A DNA stretch of 64,000 bases from Candidatus Xenobia bacterium (GTDB taxonomy: Bacteria > Vulcanimicrobiota > Xenobia > Xenobiales > QWHO01). Positions 36,088 to 46,401 of the stretch are shown piece after piece. Each line of letters begins with the position of its first letter. Position 1 is the first letter of the stretch. The position numbers and the translations under genes are program-made. The notes under the pieces were generated by a model that was not told the DNA's origin, ran no database searches, and worked only from the letters and a program-made list of their open reading frames with translations. The DNA lies in NCBI GenBank assembly GCA_045863235.1, contig BTUM01000003.1, positions 1-64,000 on the forward strand. The letters are read 5' to 3'.

Positions 36088-37968
36088 ATGTCCGTGACTT
36101 CAGAATATGCCGCGCCCAATGCCCTGCTCGACTGGGCGGCCAAGGCCGAGATCAAGACCCTGCCCGAGCTGTTCCGTCGCACGGTCAAGAAGTGTGGGCC
36201 GCGCAACTACCTGGGCTGGAAGGACAAGGGAACCTACCGCTACCTGACCTATAACCAGATCAATGAGCGCGTGCTGCAATTTGGCAGCGCCCTGATCGAG
36301 GTGGGCTTCCAACAGGGCGACCGGGCCGCTCAGATCGCTAACAACCGCCCCGAGTGGGTCATCACCGACTACGGCACCTACCACGCCGGGGGCATTCACG
36401 CGCCTCTCTACCCCACTCTGAACGAAGAGGGCATCGCCTACATTCTCAACGATTGCGGCGCCAAAGTGGTGCTGGTGGCCGACGCGGCTCAGCTGGCCAA
36501 GGTCATCAGCGTGGAGAACGGCTACAGCGAAGGTCGCATCCCCGTTCCGGCTCTGGACAAGCTCGAGCACATCGTCTGCATGTTCGGCACGCCCACGGCG
36601 ACCTCAACCAAGAAGCTGTGGAGCTGGGACGACTTCCTCAAGCTGGGAGCCGACAACCTCAGCAAGAACCAGGCTGAGATCGACAGGCGTCTGGGCGAGA
36701 TCAAGGCCGAGGACGTGGCCAGCCTGGTCTACACCTCGGGCACCACGGGCGAGCCCAAGGGAGCCATGCTGATGCACGGCAACTTCTGCTCCAACGCCAC
36801 CACCATCTTGCCGATGGTGGGCATCGACTCGGAGGACCTCGAGCTCTCCTTCCTGCCCCTCTCGCACGTCTTCGAGCGCATCATGTTCTACAGCATGACC
36901 TATGCAGGCGGCACGATCGCCTATGCCGAGAGCATCGACACGGTGGCTGCCAACATGCTGGAGATTCAGCCGACGGTGGTGCCCAGCGTGCCCCGACTGT
37001 TCGAGAAGATCATGGGCCGCGTGCTCGATCAGGTGGCCGCCAGCCCGCCGCTGCGCCAGAAAATCTTCCACTGGGCGCTGGGGGTAGGCAAGCAGTATTT
37101 CGACGCCCGCGTCAAGGGCGAAGTGCCGCTCCCGCTCAAGCTCAAGCACGCGCTGGCTCACAAGCTGGTGTTCAAAAAGATCCACGGCCGCACCGGCGGG
37201 CGCATCAAGTTCTTCGTCTCGGGCGGCGCCCCGCTTCGCAAGGACGTGGGCGAGTTCTTCCTCAACGCTGGCTTCACCATCCTCGAAGGCTACGGCCTGA
37301 CCGAGACCAGCCCGGTGATCACCATGAACCTGCCCCACTACCCCAAGATCGGCACGGTGGGCAAGGTCATCCCGCACGTCGAGTGCGTGATCGCCGAGAA
37401 TGGCGAAATCATCACCCGCGGTCCCCACATCATGCGCGGTTACTTCAACAAAGCCGAGGAGACGGCCAAGTCGATCGACCAGGACGGCTGGTTCCACACC
37501 GGCGACGTGGGGATGTTCGACGAGGACAAGTGCCTGCGCATCACCGACCGCCTCAAGGAGATCCTGGTGATGTCCAATGGCAAGAACGTGGCTCCCCAGC
37601 CCATCGAGAACCTGCTCAAAGGCAGCCCGCTGATCGAGCAGGCCGTCCTGATCGGCGACAACCGCAACTTCATCTCGGCCCTGGTCTACCCCAACTACGA
37701 GCAGGTCGAGATCTGGGCCAAGACTCAGGGGATCACGGGCGACCGTGCCTCCATGGCAGCCAACGCCAAGGTGATCGAGTTCCTCACCGCAGAGGTGACC
37801 AAGCTGTGCACGGATCTGTCCAACTACGAGCGGGTCAAGAAGATCGCCCTGCTCGAGAACGAGCTGACTCAGGACAGCGGCGAGCTCACCCCCACCATGA
37901 AGGTGAAGCGTCGGATCGTCAACGAGAAGTTCAAGGACAAGATCGAAGGGATGTACGCCGAGGGATAA
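36088..37968 (+). CDS. fadD: Long-chain fatty acid--CoA ligase (AMP-dependent synthetase)
   Basis: YTSGTTGEPKG, GYGLTET, GWFHTGD, TPTMKVKR. Confidence 0.92.
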   Translation: MSVTSEYAAPNALLDWAAKAEIKTLPELFRRTVKKCGPRNYLGWKDKGTYRYLTYNQINERVLQFGSALIEVGFQQGDRAAQIANNRPEWVITDYGTYHAGGIHAPLYPTLNEEGIAYILNDCGAKVVLVADAAQLAKVISVENGYSEGRIPVPALDKLEHIVCMFGTPTATSTKKLWSWDDFLKLGADNLSKNQAEIDRRLGEIKAEDVASLVYTSGTTGEPKGAMLMHGNFCSNATTILPMVGIDSEDLELSFLPLSHVFERIMFYSMTYAGGTIAYAESIDTVAANMLEIQPTVVPSVPRLFEKIMGRVLDQVAASPPLRQKIFHWALGVGKQYFDARVKGEVPLPLKLKHALAHKLVFKKIHGRTGGRIKFFVSGGAPLRKDVGEFFLNAGFTILEGYGLTETSPVITMNLPHYPKIGTVGKVIPHVECVIAENGEIITRGPHIMRGYFNKAEETAKSIDQDGWFHTGDVGMFDEDKCLRITDRLKEILVMSNGKNVAPQPIENLLKGSPLIEQAVLIGDNRNFISALVYPNYEQVEIWAKTQGITGDRASMAANAKVIEFLTAEVTKLCTDLSNYERVKKIALLENELTQDSGELTPTMKVKRRIVNEKFKDKIEGMYAEG

Positions 37969-37984
37969 CCTCGGCGTCCGCGGG

Positions 37985-38797
37985 GTGGAAAACTGGGATG
38001 AAGAGCTGGAGGAAGCCCTCGTCGAGGAGCTTCACGCTCTGCCGTGGATCGACTTCGTCTACCTGTTCGGCTCCACCGTGAGGGGCGACGCGCGACCTGA
38101 CAGTGACGTGGACATCGCTGTCCGCATCGGTCAGGGCGCGCCCCCCTCGCCACTGTTCAGCCTGCTGTCCACCTGCAATCGGGCCGTGGGACCCGGCAAG
38201 CTGCACCTGGTGCTGTTCGATCAGGCGCCCGTGCTTTTGCGCCAGCGCATCTTCGAAGAGGGTCGGGTGCTGCTGCAGAACAACCCGGTCTCGCGCATGC
38301 AGGCCCAGGCGCAGACCATCCGCGACTTCTTCGAGCTCAAGCCCGAGGAGAAGGCCGAGCAAGAGTACCACACCCTCCTGCAAACCGACCCCGAGGGCAA
38401 CTCGCGCAAGCTGGCCATCTTGATGCAGTATCGGCGCGACCTCGAGCCATTCGCCCAGCAAACCGAGGCCGAGTTCCTGGCTCGGCCCGAGCGGCACCAC
38501 CTGGCAGCCCGCTACCTCCACATGCTGTGCGAAGGAATGCTGGACCTGACCCTGTTCGTCATCCTCGACCACGGCTGGCGCTGGCCCCAGTCACCCGTGG
38601 ACGCCCTCAACGTGGTTCGCGAGCGCAACGTCATCGACTTTGGCCTGGCCAACCGGCTGCAAGCCTGGCTGGGCCTGCGCCAGATGCTCTCCCACAAGTA
38701 CGCCGCCCCCGATCACCGGCTCAACTTTCTCTTCCTGCGCGACCGCACCCTCGACCTGGACGAGTTCTTCGAGTGGGTCGGGAAGTTCTTGACCTGA
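37985..38797 (+). CDS. Fused MNT nucleotidyltransferase + HEPN (DUF86/HepT-like) protein
   Basis: LFGSTVRG...SDVDIAV and RQMLSHKY (Rx4HxY) in one ORF. Confidence 0.8.
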   Translation: MENWDEELEEALVEELHALPWIDFVYLFGSTVRGDARPDSDVDIAVRIGQGAPPSPLFSLLSTCNRAVGPGKLHLVLFDQAPVLLRQRIFEEGRVLLQNNPVSRMQAQAQTIRDFFELKPEEKAEQEYHTLLQTDPEGNSRKLAILMQYRRDLEPFAQQTEAEFLARPERHHLAARYLHMLCEGMLDLTLFVILDHGWRWPQSPVDALNVVRERNVIDFGLANRLQAWLGLRQMLSHKYAAPDHRLNFLFLRDRTLDLDEFFEWVGKFLT

Positions 38798-38799
38798 AG

Positions 38800-38915
38800 C
38801 TCCCCGGAGCAGGACTTCAAGCACGGGTCTGGCGTGATCACCAGACCGATTTCGAGCGCCGTGGAGATGATGAGGCGATCAGCCGGGTCCCTGGATGCGG
38901 ACTGGTCCACAAGCA
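38800..38915 (-). pseudogene. Possible remnant of a PIN/VapC gene
   Basis: RDPADRLIISTALEIGLVITPD resembles a PIN C-terminus; no intact N-terminus. Boundaries approximate. Confidence 0.45.
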
Positions 38916-39033
38916 CCGCGCAAGGACCAGCTTGTTGGATATGGAGCCTCCCTGCTCGAGATCGACCGTCTTCAGTCGGGATGAGGCCGCTCGCCGGATA
39001 TCGCGGTGCCCGCGGCGAAATAGCCCTCAACCA

Positions 39034-39585
39034 ATGTTGCGACAACCAGAGGGAGAGACCTGGACGTATGAGGATTACCTCGGGCTACCCGAGGATGGCA
39101 ACCGCTATGAGATCATTTCCGGGGAGCTTCACGTGACGCCAGCGCCCAGGCCTCGCCATCAAAAGGTTTCGGGCCGCATCTTCCATGCTCTCTTTCCCCT
39201 GGAGCTGTCCGGGCGAGGAGAGGTCTTTCTGGCTCCTGTGGAGGTCAGGATGCCCGGTTGCGACCCGGTGCAGCCTGACCTGTGCTTCGTGTCAACCAGT
39301 GGAGCCGCCGTGGTGCAGGAAAAGTGCATCCAGGGCTCTCCCCATCTCATCGTGGAGGTGTTGTCACCCCGAACGGCGGCCCGAGATCGCACCGTGAAGC
39401 TGAACATCTACGCGAGGGCGGGGGTCGAGAACTACTGGCTGGCGGACCCGACCGAGAAAACCCTCGTACTCTTTGTTCTCGATAGCGGGACCTACCGGGT
39501 CGAGGCAGCTCTGGGCCCTGGCGATACCTATCGACCGGTGGCCTTCCCGGAGATCGAGCTGGACATGGCTTTCCTGTTTCCCTGA
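39034..39585 (+). CDS. Uma2/DUF820 family endonuclease-like protein
   Basis: WTYEDY..LPEDG.RYEII.G, QPD, PHLIVEVLSP, K..Y...GV..YW. Confidence 0.92.
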   Translation: MLRQPEGETWTYEDYLGLPEDGNRYEIISGELHVTPAPRPRHQKVSGRIFHALFPLELSGRGEVFLAPVEVRMPGCDPVQPDLCFVSTSGAAVVQEKCIQGSPHLIVEVLSPRTAARDRTVKLNIYARAGVENYWLADPTEKTLVLFVLDSGTYRVEAALGPGDTYRPVAFPEIELDMAFLFP

Positions 39586-39625
39586 TTCAGACCCTTTTCA
39601 GACAGTCGGGTTAGCATGGCATACC

Positions 39626-40777
39626 ATGCACCTGACTGCCCTGACGCCAAGCTACCCCACCCGGGCCTCCGCGCCCGTGGCTCCGCCCCCGGCTGCCGAG
39701 CCGGAGTACGGCAGCGACATTCCCGGCTACACCGGTCCCAAGGACGGGCGCTCGCATCCGAAGTATGGCACCGTCCTCCGACCCATCGTGAAAGCGCTGG
39801 CTTCAGGCCGCTACCGGGTGCAGATCGAAGGCAAAGAGAACCTGCCCGGCAAGTTCGAGGGCCCCTACGTCTACTCGCCCACGCACCCGAGCGCGTTTGA
39901 CCCCATCGTCTTCTGCGCCGCCATGGACCGCCCGCTGCGGCTGATGGGAAACCAGTACCTGTTCCGCGGCCCGGCCGGGCCACTCTTGACATGGATGGGC
40001 CTTTTTCCGGTCGATCGCGAGGGTGCCAATCCCGTCACTCTCAAGCACTGCAACGAAGTGCTCAAGGAAGGCCACAACCTGGTCATCTTCCCGGAGGGAG
40101 GGCTGGTGGGCGCCGAGCACCGCGACACGGTGGCTCCCATCAAGAAAGGGGCAGCCGCTTCGGCCATCGTGGGTGGGGCCAAAGCCATTATCCCGATCGC
40201 CATCCACTACGAGGAAGACCGGCAGAAACGTCCGGGAGAAGCCATTCTGGGAGCCCTGACCGCAGCCGGCGTCACCACCGCCGGCCTGCTCTCCAGCCAG
40301 GCCGGCCCCCTCTTGCAGGGCCTGGGCGGGGTGCTGGTGGGCGGGGCCACCGGAGCCTATTTGCTCGGCAAGGTGGCCGAGAGGCTCGCCCCCGACTCTC
40401 CCGAAACCCACCAGGGCCCGCGCTATCTGGCCTCGATCGCTGGAGGCGCGGTGGGCCTGCTGGTGGGTGGCGTGGCAGGCTTTCTGTTTCCTCAGGCCAA
40501 CGCGGTGCTCTCGGTGACGGCCGGCCTGGCCACCTTGATGGCGGCCAACGCTTTGCGCCGGCGTCCCCTGGCCCGCATCGCCGTCCAGCCCCAGCTCGAC
40601 GCCAACCCCTACCGGGCCCGCAGCGATCAAAAGCAGGCCATCGTGGACCTGACCGTGGAGCTGCACCGGTCGCTGGGCAAAGGCAAGCAGGCTCTTACGG
40701 GCCACGTTTACGACGACAGCGCGCCCAAATTCAAGCCGAAGATCGTAGAAACCTACAAGGGCGGCATCAGCTGGTAG
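39626..40777 (+). CDS. Lysophospholipid acyltransferase (PlsC-like) with Gly-rich TM insertion
   Basis: HPSAFD (Hx4D) and FPEG motifs. Confidence 0.8.
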   Translation: MHLTALTPSYPTRASAPVAPPPAAEPEYGSDIPGYTGPKDGRSHPKYGTVLRPIVKALASGRYRVQIEGKENLPGKFEGPYVYSPTHPSAFDPIVFCAAMDRPLRLMGNQYLFRGPAGPLLTWMGLFPVDREGANPVTLKHCNEVLKEGHNLVIFPEGGLVGAEHRDTVAPIKKGAAASAIVGGAKAIIPIAIHYEEDRQKRPGEAILGALTAAGVTTAGLLSSQAGPLLQGLGGVLVGGATGAYLLGKVAERLAPDSPETHQGPRYLASIAGGAVGLLVGGVAGFLFPQANAVLSVTAGLATLMAANALRRRPLARIAVQPQLDANPYRARSDQKQAIVDLTVELHRSLGKGKQALTGHVYDDSAPKFKPKIVETYKGGISW

Positions 40778-40822
40778 ACCACCCCGGCTCAGCTCCAGGA
40801 AGCTAAGCGTTTCGCTTGCGCC

Positions 40823-42100
40823 CTAGAACCAGACCGTCTCCCCGCCCGGCCAGCCGGCCAGGTGCACGCTGGGGGGCGCCGAGGAAGGTAGCAGTGGCGC
40901 CAGGTTCCGATACAGCGCCTCGGCCATGTGGGGGACGAAGGGGGCGTGCAGCCGGGCCAGCTCCAGCAGCTCGGCGGCCGTGAGGTCGCCGCTCAGTCCC
41001 TGCTCCAGGCTGGACACGGCCAGGTCGAGCTGGTACTGCTCCAGAGCGACCGTGACCTGGCCCACCAGGTCCTCGAGCGCGTTGGAAGGCAATAGGGTTC
41101 CAGGAGTGACGCGCTTTCGCCGCATGAAGTCTTCTTGCAGCTTCCACCAACGGTCCAGATGCTCCAGCGAGCCCCCGCAGAACAGCCAGCGGGCATTGTC
41201 CGCCTGACCGGGGATCTCGTAGGCGCTGGGCCGAGGGCCCTCGGGGCGCAAAATTCCCAGGGCGTCCTCGAGCTCGAAGGGCCCTGCCGCCGGCTCGGCC
41301 AGACGCACCCGGAAGCCGGCCATCAGCCAGCTGCGGATCAGCACGTCGTCGTGCACCCGAGCCTGCATCGAGTCGGCGTCACGAAAGCGCGCCGGCGGTG
41401 CCAGGGCATAGAATTTCTCGCCCCGTAATCCACCCTCCCAGAGCCGCGCGAAGACCCGATTCTGCCTCCAGGAGCGCTGCACGCGCTCGGGAGCGTTGGC
41501 GCCCCGGTCGCGACGTCCCGGGGGACGCAGGCGCACGCGAAAGGGCCGAGCCAGCTTGAAGATCGACCTTCTGGGCGGGGGCGGGGGAGGGATCGGCGCT
41601 GCTTGAGCTGGAGGAGGCGGGAGCGCGGCGGCCCGGGCCGGGGTCATCTTGACCGCCCGAGTGGGATAACCACAGCCGTCGCAGATCGGGTGGGTGCCCT
41701 CGAAGAACTCCGGAAAACTCTGTCGTAGCAGGTGATCGCAACGCGGACAGGCCTGGCGGGTGAGCCGTCCGGCGGCCAGCTCGGGCGAAGGACGCAGTTG
41801 CGCCCGGTGAATGGAGAACGGGCAGGAAGGGCAGCTCACGAACTCTTCCTCCAGCCCGGCCGAGCGGGCGGACAGGGGCATGGGGGTGGAGCAATCCGGG
41901 CAGACCGGACCCTCGGGCCCCACCACCAGATAGGGCGGGGGGCGCCGAGTGATAGCCGCCCCGCTCTCGCGTCCGCACTGAGCGCACACCCAGGCCGGAG
42001 AGGGCTCGCTCCAGCCATAACCGGGCTGACCGGGCGAGGGTCCGGTCAGGTCGCTGGAGACGAACTCCTCCGAGCCGCAGTGAATGCATGGATCGGGCAT
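40823..42100 (-). CDS. Multi-zinc-ribbon protein with degenerate class Ia tRNA synthetase-like C-terminal region
   Basis: Six CxxC motifs; APFVPHMAEALY...SVHLAGWP anticodon-domain signature. Start may be 42160. Confidence 0.65.
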   Translation of the reverse strand: MPDPCIHCGSEEFVSSDLTGPSPGQPGYGWSEPSPAWVCAQCGRESGAAITRRPPPYLVVGPEGPVCPDCSTPMPLSARSAGLEEEFVSCPSCPFSIHRAQLRPSPELAAGRLTRQACPRCDHLLRQSFPEFFEGTHPICDGCGYPTRAVKMTPARAAALPPPPAQAAPIPPPPPPRRSIFKLARPFRVRLRPPGRRDRGANAPERVQRSWRQNRVFARLWEGGLRGEKFYALAPPARFRDADSMQARVHDDVLIRSWLMAGFRVRLAEPAAGPFELEDALGILRPEGPRPSAYEIPGQADNARWLFCGGSLEHLDRWWKLQEDFMRRKRVTPGTLLPSNALEDLVGQVTVALEQYQLDLAVSSLEQGLSGDLTAAELLELARLHAPFVPHMAEALYRNLAPLLPSSAPPSVHLAGWPGGETVWF

Positions 42101-42180
42101 GGGGCTTTTTTCGACATCGAGGGAGGCTCCCATTGTCCTTCGTGGAAAGCTCTGAGCCATATCCTCCTGGAAGGTGACGC

Positions 42181-42546
42181 ATGCAAGCGCAGCAAGCAGA
42201 AATCGTGAAGTGCCTGTTCAAAATGGCCTGGGCCGATGGCGAGGCTTCGGACGAGGAAGTGGAAGTGCTCTCGCGCATGATGAGCCGACTGGGAATCCCC
42301 CTCTCCGAGCGCATCATCGCCATGGATGGTGGACTGAGCGAGCCCGAGCAGGGCCCGGACCGCATCGAGGAGTTGCTCCCCGATCGCGAGAGCCGCTTGC
42401 AGGCCATGGAGATGCTGCTGGCGGTGTGCTTCTCTGACCAGCAACTGGCCCCCCAGGAGGTCAGCTACATCGAAGACCTGTCCCGCCGCCTGGGCATCAG
42501 CGCCCCCGAGCTGGAAGCCCTGCGCAAGCGGGCGATGGGGGCCTGA
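42181..42546 (+). CDS. TerB family protein
   Basis: MAWADG...EE and SD...QE repeats; GAAGG RBS. Confidence 0.75.
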   Translation: MQAQQAEIVKCLFKMAWADGEASDEEVEVLSRMMSRLGIPLSERIIAMDGGLSEPEQGPDRIEELLPDRESRLQAMEMLLAVCFSDQQLAPQEVSYIEDLSRRLGISAPELEALRKRAMGA

Positions 42547-43622
42547 TGCTGAGTTTTCTGAACGCCATCGTCGAGCTGGTCGACCTGCACGAGGGCAAGC
42601 TGGTCTTCCGCTCCAACCGCCGCTACCAGGAAGGCAAGGAGGTCGAGGTGCGCCTGGCCCTGCCCCCGGGCTCGGGCAAAGTCGCCAACATGCGCATCAA
42701 GGTGGAGAGCTGCCGCAAGCTCGAGTCGGGCGGCCTGCTCTACTCGGCGAAGGTCCTGGGAGAAGTTCCCGGCGAGAGTCACAAGGGCACCGTGCACGAC
42801 CCCTCCATGCGCAAAGCCGCGCGCCACAACGTGGGCGTGCGCGTCATGTCCAAGGACCTCCCCGGCTACCGGGCCCTCACCATCGATCTCTCCCAGACCG
42901 GGATGCAGCTCGAGATTGACGAGAAGATCGGCACCGGGCACACGATCCGCCTCAACCTCGAGTTCGACCGGGTGGATCTGGCCACCATGGACGTCGAGGC
43001 CAAGGTCGTCTGGTGTCGTCCCCACCCCACCCGCGACGACCGCTTCCGCTGCGGGGTCCACTTCATCCCCACTCCGGAAGCCAAAAAGCAACTCACGGCC
43101 GTGGCCGACTTCTTCGAAAAGCGCTCGCAGGCCGATCTGCAGAGCCTGCTCGAGCAGGCCAAGCTGCTGAGCCAGAACCCTGGCCCACTCCCGCAGGACG
43201 CCAGGAAGGAGCTGAAGCTCCCTCCCCGCGACGAGACCGTGTCGGCGCCGGCCGCCAAGCCGGCCGCTCGCAAGCTGGCCACCGGCAAGGCTCGTCGCAC
43301 GGGCTTTATGATCCCCCTGGAGGCCACCGTGCGCGGTCACCGTTGGGAGCTGGCCGGCCGCGAGCTGCTCTTGCTCTTGCGCAGCCCCGATGGCGCAGAC
43401 CACTTCCTGGCCTTCCCGGAATGCCAGACGATGCGCGACTACGGCTGTTGCCTGGGCCTGACCACGACGGGCATGCACGCGAGCTCGCAGTCGCCTTTGA
43501 TCGACGAGGTGGTCGAGCGCAGCGGAGGCAGCTCGTGGAAGCACTACAAGCTGCTCGGGCCCAAAGAGCAGGTGCTGCTCGAGGTGGTCTCCGGCCCGGT
43601 TCGGCTTCCCTCTGACGACTGA
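42546..43622 (+). CDS. PilZ domain protein
   Basis: RKAAR (RxxxR) and DLSQTG (DxSxxG) motifs. Confidence 0.8.
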   Translation: MLSFLNAIVELVDLHEGKLVFRSNRRYQEGKEVEVRLALPPGSGKVANMRIKVESCRKLESGGLLYSAKVLGEVPGESHKGTVHDPSMRKAARHNVGVRVMSKDLPGYRALTIDLSQTGMQLEIDEKIGTGHTIRLNLEFDRVDLATMDVEAKVVWCRPHPTRDDRFRCGVHFIPTPEAKKQLTAVADFFEKRSQADLQSLLEQAKLLSQNPGPLPQDARKELKLPPRDETVSAPAAKPAARKLATGKARRTGFMIPLEATVRGHRWELAGRELLLLLRSPDGADHFLAFPECQTMRDYGCCLGLTTTGMHASSQSPLIDEVVERSGGSSWKHYKLLGPKEQVLLEVVSGPVRLPSDD

Positions 43623-43625
43623 CCC

Positions 43626-45530
43626 GTGAAGCGCGACAAGCTGGTGACCGCGGCCCGGGCCGTGGAGCTGATCCTCGATGGCGACGCAGTGGCCACCGGG
43701 GGCTTCGTGGGCATCGGCTTTCCGGAAGCGCTGGCGGTGGCTCTGGAAGAGCGCTTCCTCAAGACCGGCCGTCCCCGCGACCTGACCCTGGTCTACGCCG
43801 CCGGCCAGGGCGACGGCAAGAAGCGCGGGCTCAACCACCTGGCCCATGAAGGCCTGGTGAAGCGGGTCATCGGGGGCCACTGGGGCCTGGTGCCGGCCCT
43901 GGGGAAGCTGGCCCTGGACGAAAAGATCGAGGCCTACAACCTGCCCCAGGGCGTCATCTCGCACCTGTTCCGCGACATCGCCGCCCATAAGCCGGGCTTG
44001 CTGACCCGGGTGGGCCTGGGCACCTTCGTCGACCCCCGCCTGGAGGGGGGCAAGCTCAACTCTCGCACCACCGAGGACCTGGTCGAGCTACGTGACGAGC
44101 TGCTCTTTTATCGCGCCTATCCCCTCTCGGTGGCCCTGCTGCGGGGCACGACCGCCGACCCCGAAGGCAACATCTCGATGGAGCGCGAGGCCCTGACCCT
44201 GGAGGCTCTGGCGATCGCCCAGGCGGTGCACAACTCGGGCGGGCTGGTGATCGTGCAGGTGGAGCGGCTCACCGCCGAGCACCGGGTGCACCCCCAGATG
44301 GTCCAGGTGCCGGGGGTGCTGGTGGACTGCGTGGTGGTGGCCGAAGATCCGGCCCTGCACCAGCAGACCTTCGCCGAGCCCTACAACCCGGCTTACACCG
44401 GGGAGGTCAAAGCCTCGCCCGGCATGGCCCGCATGGCCATGGACGAGCGCAAGGTGCTGGCCCGCCGCGCCAGCTTGTTCCTCAAGCCCAACGCCGTGGT
44501 GAACCTGGGCATCGGCATGCCCGAGGGGGTGGCCGCGGTGGCAGACGAGGAGCGCATCCTGGACTGGATCACGCTCACGGTCGAGCCGGGTGCGCTGGGC
44601 GGCGTCCCGGCCGGAGGCCTCTCCTTCGGAGCCGTCACCAATCCGGGCGCCATCATCAACCAGCCCTCCCAGTTCGACTTCTACGACGGCGGAGGCCTCG
44701 ACCAGGCCTTCCTGGGCCTGGCCGAAGTGGACCGGGACGGCAACGTCAACGTCAGCCGCTTCTCAGGCCGTCTGGCGGGAGCGGGCGGGTTCATCAATAT
44801 CAGCCAGAACGCCGCCTTCGTCTGCTTCATGGGCACCATGACCGCGGGCGCAAAGCTGCAGGTGAGCCCCCAGGGCCTGAAGGTGGAGCGCGAGGGCACG
44901 CACCGCAAGTTCGTGGAGCGGGTGGGCCAGGTGACCTTCAGCGGCCAGTACGCCCGTGAGCGCGGCCAGACCGTCTACTACCTCACCGAGCGAGCCCTCT
45001 TCCGGCTCGGGGCGGCAGGGCTGGAGCTGCTGGAGATCGCCCCCGGCCTGGACCTGGAACAGGACGTGCTCTCCCAGATGGAGTTTCACCCCCGCCTGGC
45101 CGAGCCGGTCGGCCGCATGGATCTGCGCCTCTTCGGCCCCGAGCCGATGGGCCTTGCCTCCGCGCCGGGCCGCAGCATGGCGGAGCGACTGGAGTATCAC
45201 CCCGAGGAGAGCCTGGTCTTCGTGAACTTCGAGGGGCTGCGCCTGGATACGAGCGAGCAGGTAGCCGAGCTGTCCTCCTGGCTCGACGACTACTTCGGCC
45301 GGTTGGGCCAGCGGGTCCACGTGGTGGTGAACTACGACCACTTCCAGGTGGCCCCGGCGGCCGAGGAGGCCTACTACGAGATGGTGCGCTCCAACACCGA
45401 GCGGTTCTTTCTCTCGTCGGTGCGCTACTCCAACCACGCCTTCACCCGCCGCCGACTGGCCGCCGGCATGGCCAGCGCCGGAGCGGGGCTGTTTGGCAGC
45501 TTCCAGGAGGCCATGGGTCAACTGGGGTAG
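43626..45530 (+). CDS. Acyl-CoA:acetate/propionate CoA-transferase (YdiF/Pct-like) with C-terminal extension
   Basis: [40 protein letters not shown]. Confidence 0.92.
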   Translation: MKRDKLVTAARAVELILDGDAVATGGFVGIGFPEALAVALEERFLKTGRPRDLTLVYAAGQGDGKKRGLNHLAHEGLVKRVIGGHWGLVPALGKLALDEKIEAYNLPQGVISHLFRDIAAHKPGLLTRVGLGTFVDPRLEGGKLNSRTTEDLVELRDELLFYRAYPLSVALLRGTTADPEGNISMEREALTLEALAIAQAVHNSGGLVIVQVERLTAEHRVHPQMVQVPGVLVDCVVVAEDPALHQQTFAEPYNPAYTGEVKASPGMARMAMDERKVLARRASLFLKPNAVVNLGIGMPEGVAAVADEERILDWITLTVEPGALGGVPAGGLSFGAVTNPGAIINQPSQFDFYDGGGLDQAFLGLAEVDRDGNVNVSRFSGRLAGAGGFINISQNAAFVCFMGTMTAGAKLQVSPQGLKVEREGTHRKFVERVGQVTFSGQYARERGQTVYYLTERALFRLGAAGLELLEIAPGLDLEQDVLSQMEFHPRLAEPVGRMDLRLFGPEPMGLASAPGRSMAERLEYHPEESLVFVNFEGLRLDTSEQVAELSSWLDDYFGRLGQRVHVVVNYDHFQVAPAAEEAYYEMVRSNTERFFLSSVRYSNHAFTRRRLAAGMASAGAGLFGSFQEAMGQLG

Positions 45531-45546
45531 CCCTGACCTCGCCGGG
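45434..45546 (+). repeat. Left copy of 113-bp direct repeat (3' end of CoA-transferase)
   Basis: Matches 57659-57771 with 10 mismatches by manual alignment. Confidence 0.9.
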
Positions 45547-45557
45547 CAAAGGTGCGA

Positions 45558-45621
45558 GTGACCTTCAGCGGCCAGACGGTCTACTACCTCACCGAGCGAG
45601 CCCTCTTCCGGATCGGGGCGG
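45558..45621 (+). repeat. Partial copy of 44931-45015 with a 21-bp internal deletion
   Basis: gtgaccttcagcggccag joined to acggtctactacctcaccgagcgagccctcttccgg. Confidence 0.85.
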
Positions 45622-45701
45622 AAGTCCGAGCCTGCTTGTTACTTGACACACACTGCCTTATGTTCGACGCTGAACCAAGAGTTTGTGCGGAGGCCTGTGC
45701 G

Positions 45702-45899
45702 ATGGCGACCAACATTGAGATCGACCCTGCGCTGGTCGAGGAGGCCAGAACCCTTGGTGGTCATAAGACAAAACGGGAAACCTTCGAGGCAGCCTTACGC
45801 GAATACGTGAGGTTGCGAAAGTCCCGGGGAATCCTGGCATATTTCGGCAAGGTCGAGTTCGACGAGGACTATGACTACAAAAGCGCGAGAAGCCGTTGA
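45702..45899 (+). CDS. vapB: VapB family antitoxin (DUF2191-like)
   Basis: MATNIEID..LVEEA..LGGHKTKRE...AL.EY. Confidence 0.88.
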   Translation: MATNIEIDPALVEEARTLGGHKTKRETFEAALREYVRLRKSRGILAYFGKVEFDEDYDYKSARSR

Positions 45900-46288
45900 G
45901 AGTCCTGGTAGATACTTCGGTGTGGTGGGTGGCGCTCCGGCCTGGGCGATGTCACCCTGAGGCCGATAGACTCCGGCATATGATCGTGACCGGTGACCAG
46001 GTTTGTGTCCTGGGCATCATCATCCAAGAAGTGTTACAGGGAATCGCAAACGCGGAGCTGGCAGAGAGCATCCAGGTTGAGCTGGAGCCCTTTGACCTTT
46101 TTGACCTGACCCGAGAGGACTATGTGGCGGCAGCTACCCTGCATCGTACCTGTCGATCTGGCGGAATCGCAGCAGGGAGCATCGATTGTCTGATCGCGGC
46201 AGCGGCGGAGCGGCACGATTGCTACTTGCTCACTCTGGACAATGATTTTGACAGGCTCGCATCGTTCTGCCAGCTCAGGCTCCTCTAG
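45896..46288 (+). CDS. vapC: VapC PIN-domain toxin
   Basis: LVDTSVW, QEVLQG, IDCLIA, LLTLDNDF. Confidence 0.9.
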   Translation: MRVLVDTSVWWVALRPGRCHPEADRLRHMIVTGDQVCVLGIIIQEVLQGIANAELAESIQVELEPFDLFDLTREDYVAAATLHRTCRSGGIAAGSIDCLIAAAAERHDCYLLTLDNDFDRLASFCQLRLL

Positions 46289-46401
46289 AGGGTCTGTTGA
46301 CATTCAGATCCCTCTCCGCCTCGGAGAACGCTCGGTCGATCTCAGGGGGGGCTGACGACGAAGATTCAGGAAGGACTCGGAAACCTGAGTGGCTGGAAGT
46401 C

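Noticed and set aside
45552..45701. N-terminal extension of vapB in the ORF track
   Set aside because: Derived from the duplicated CoA-transferase fragment; the likely start is ATG 45702.
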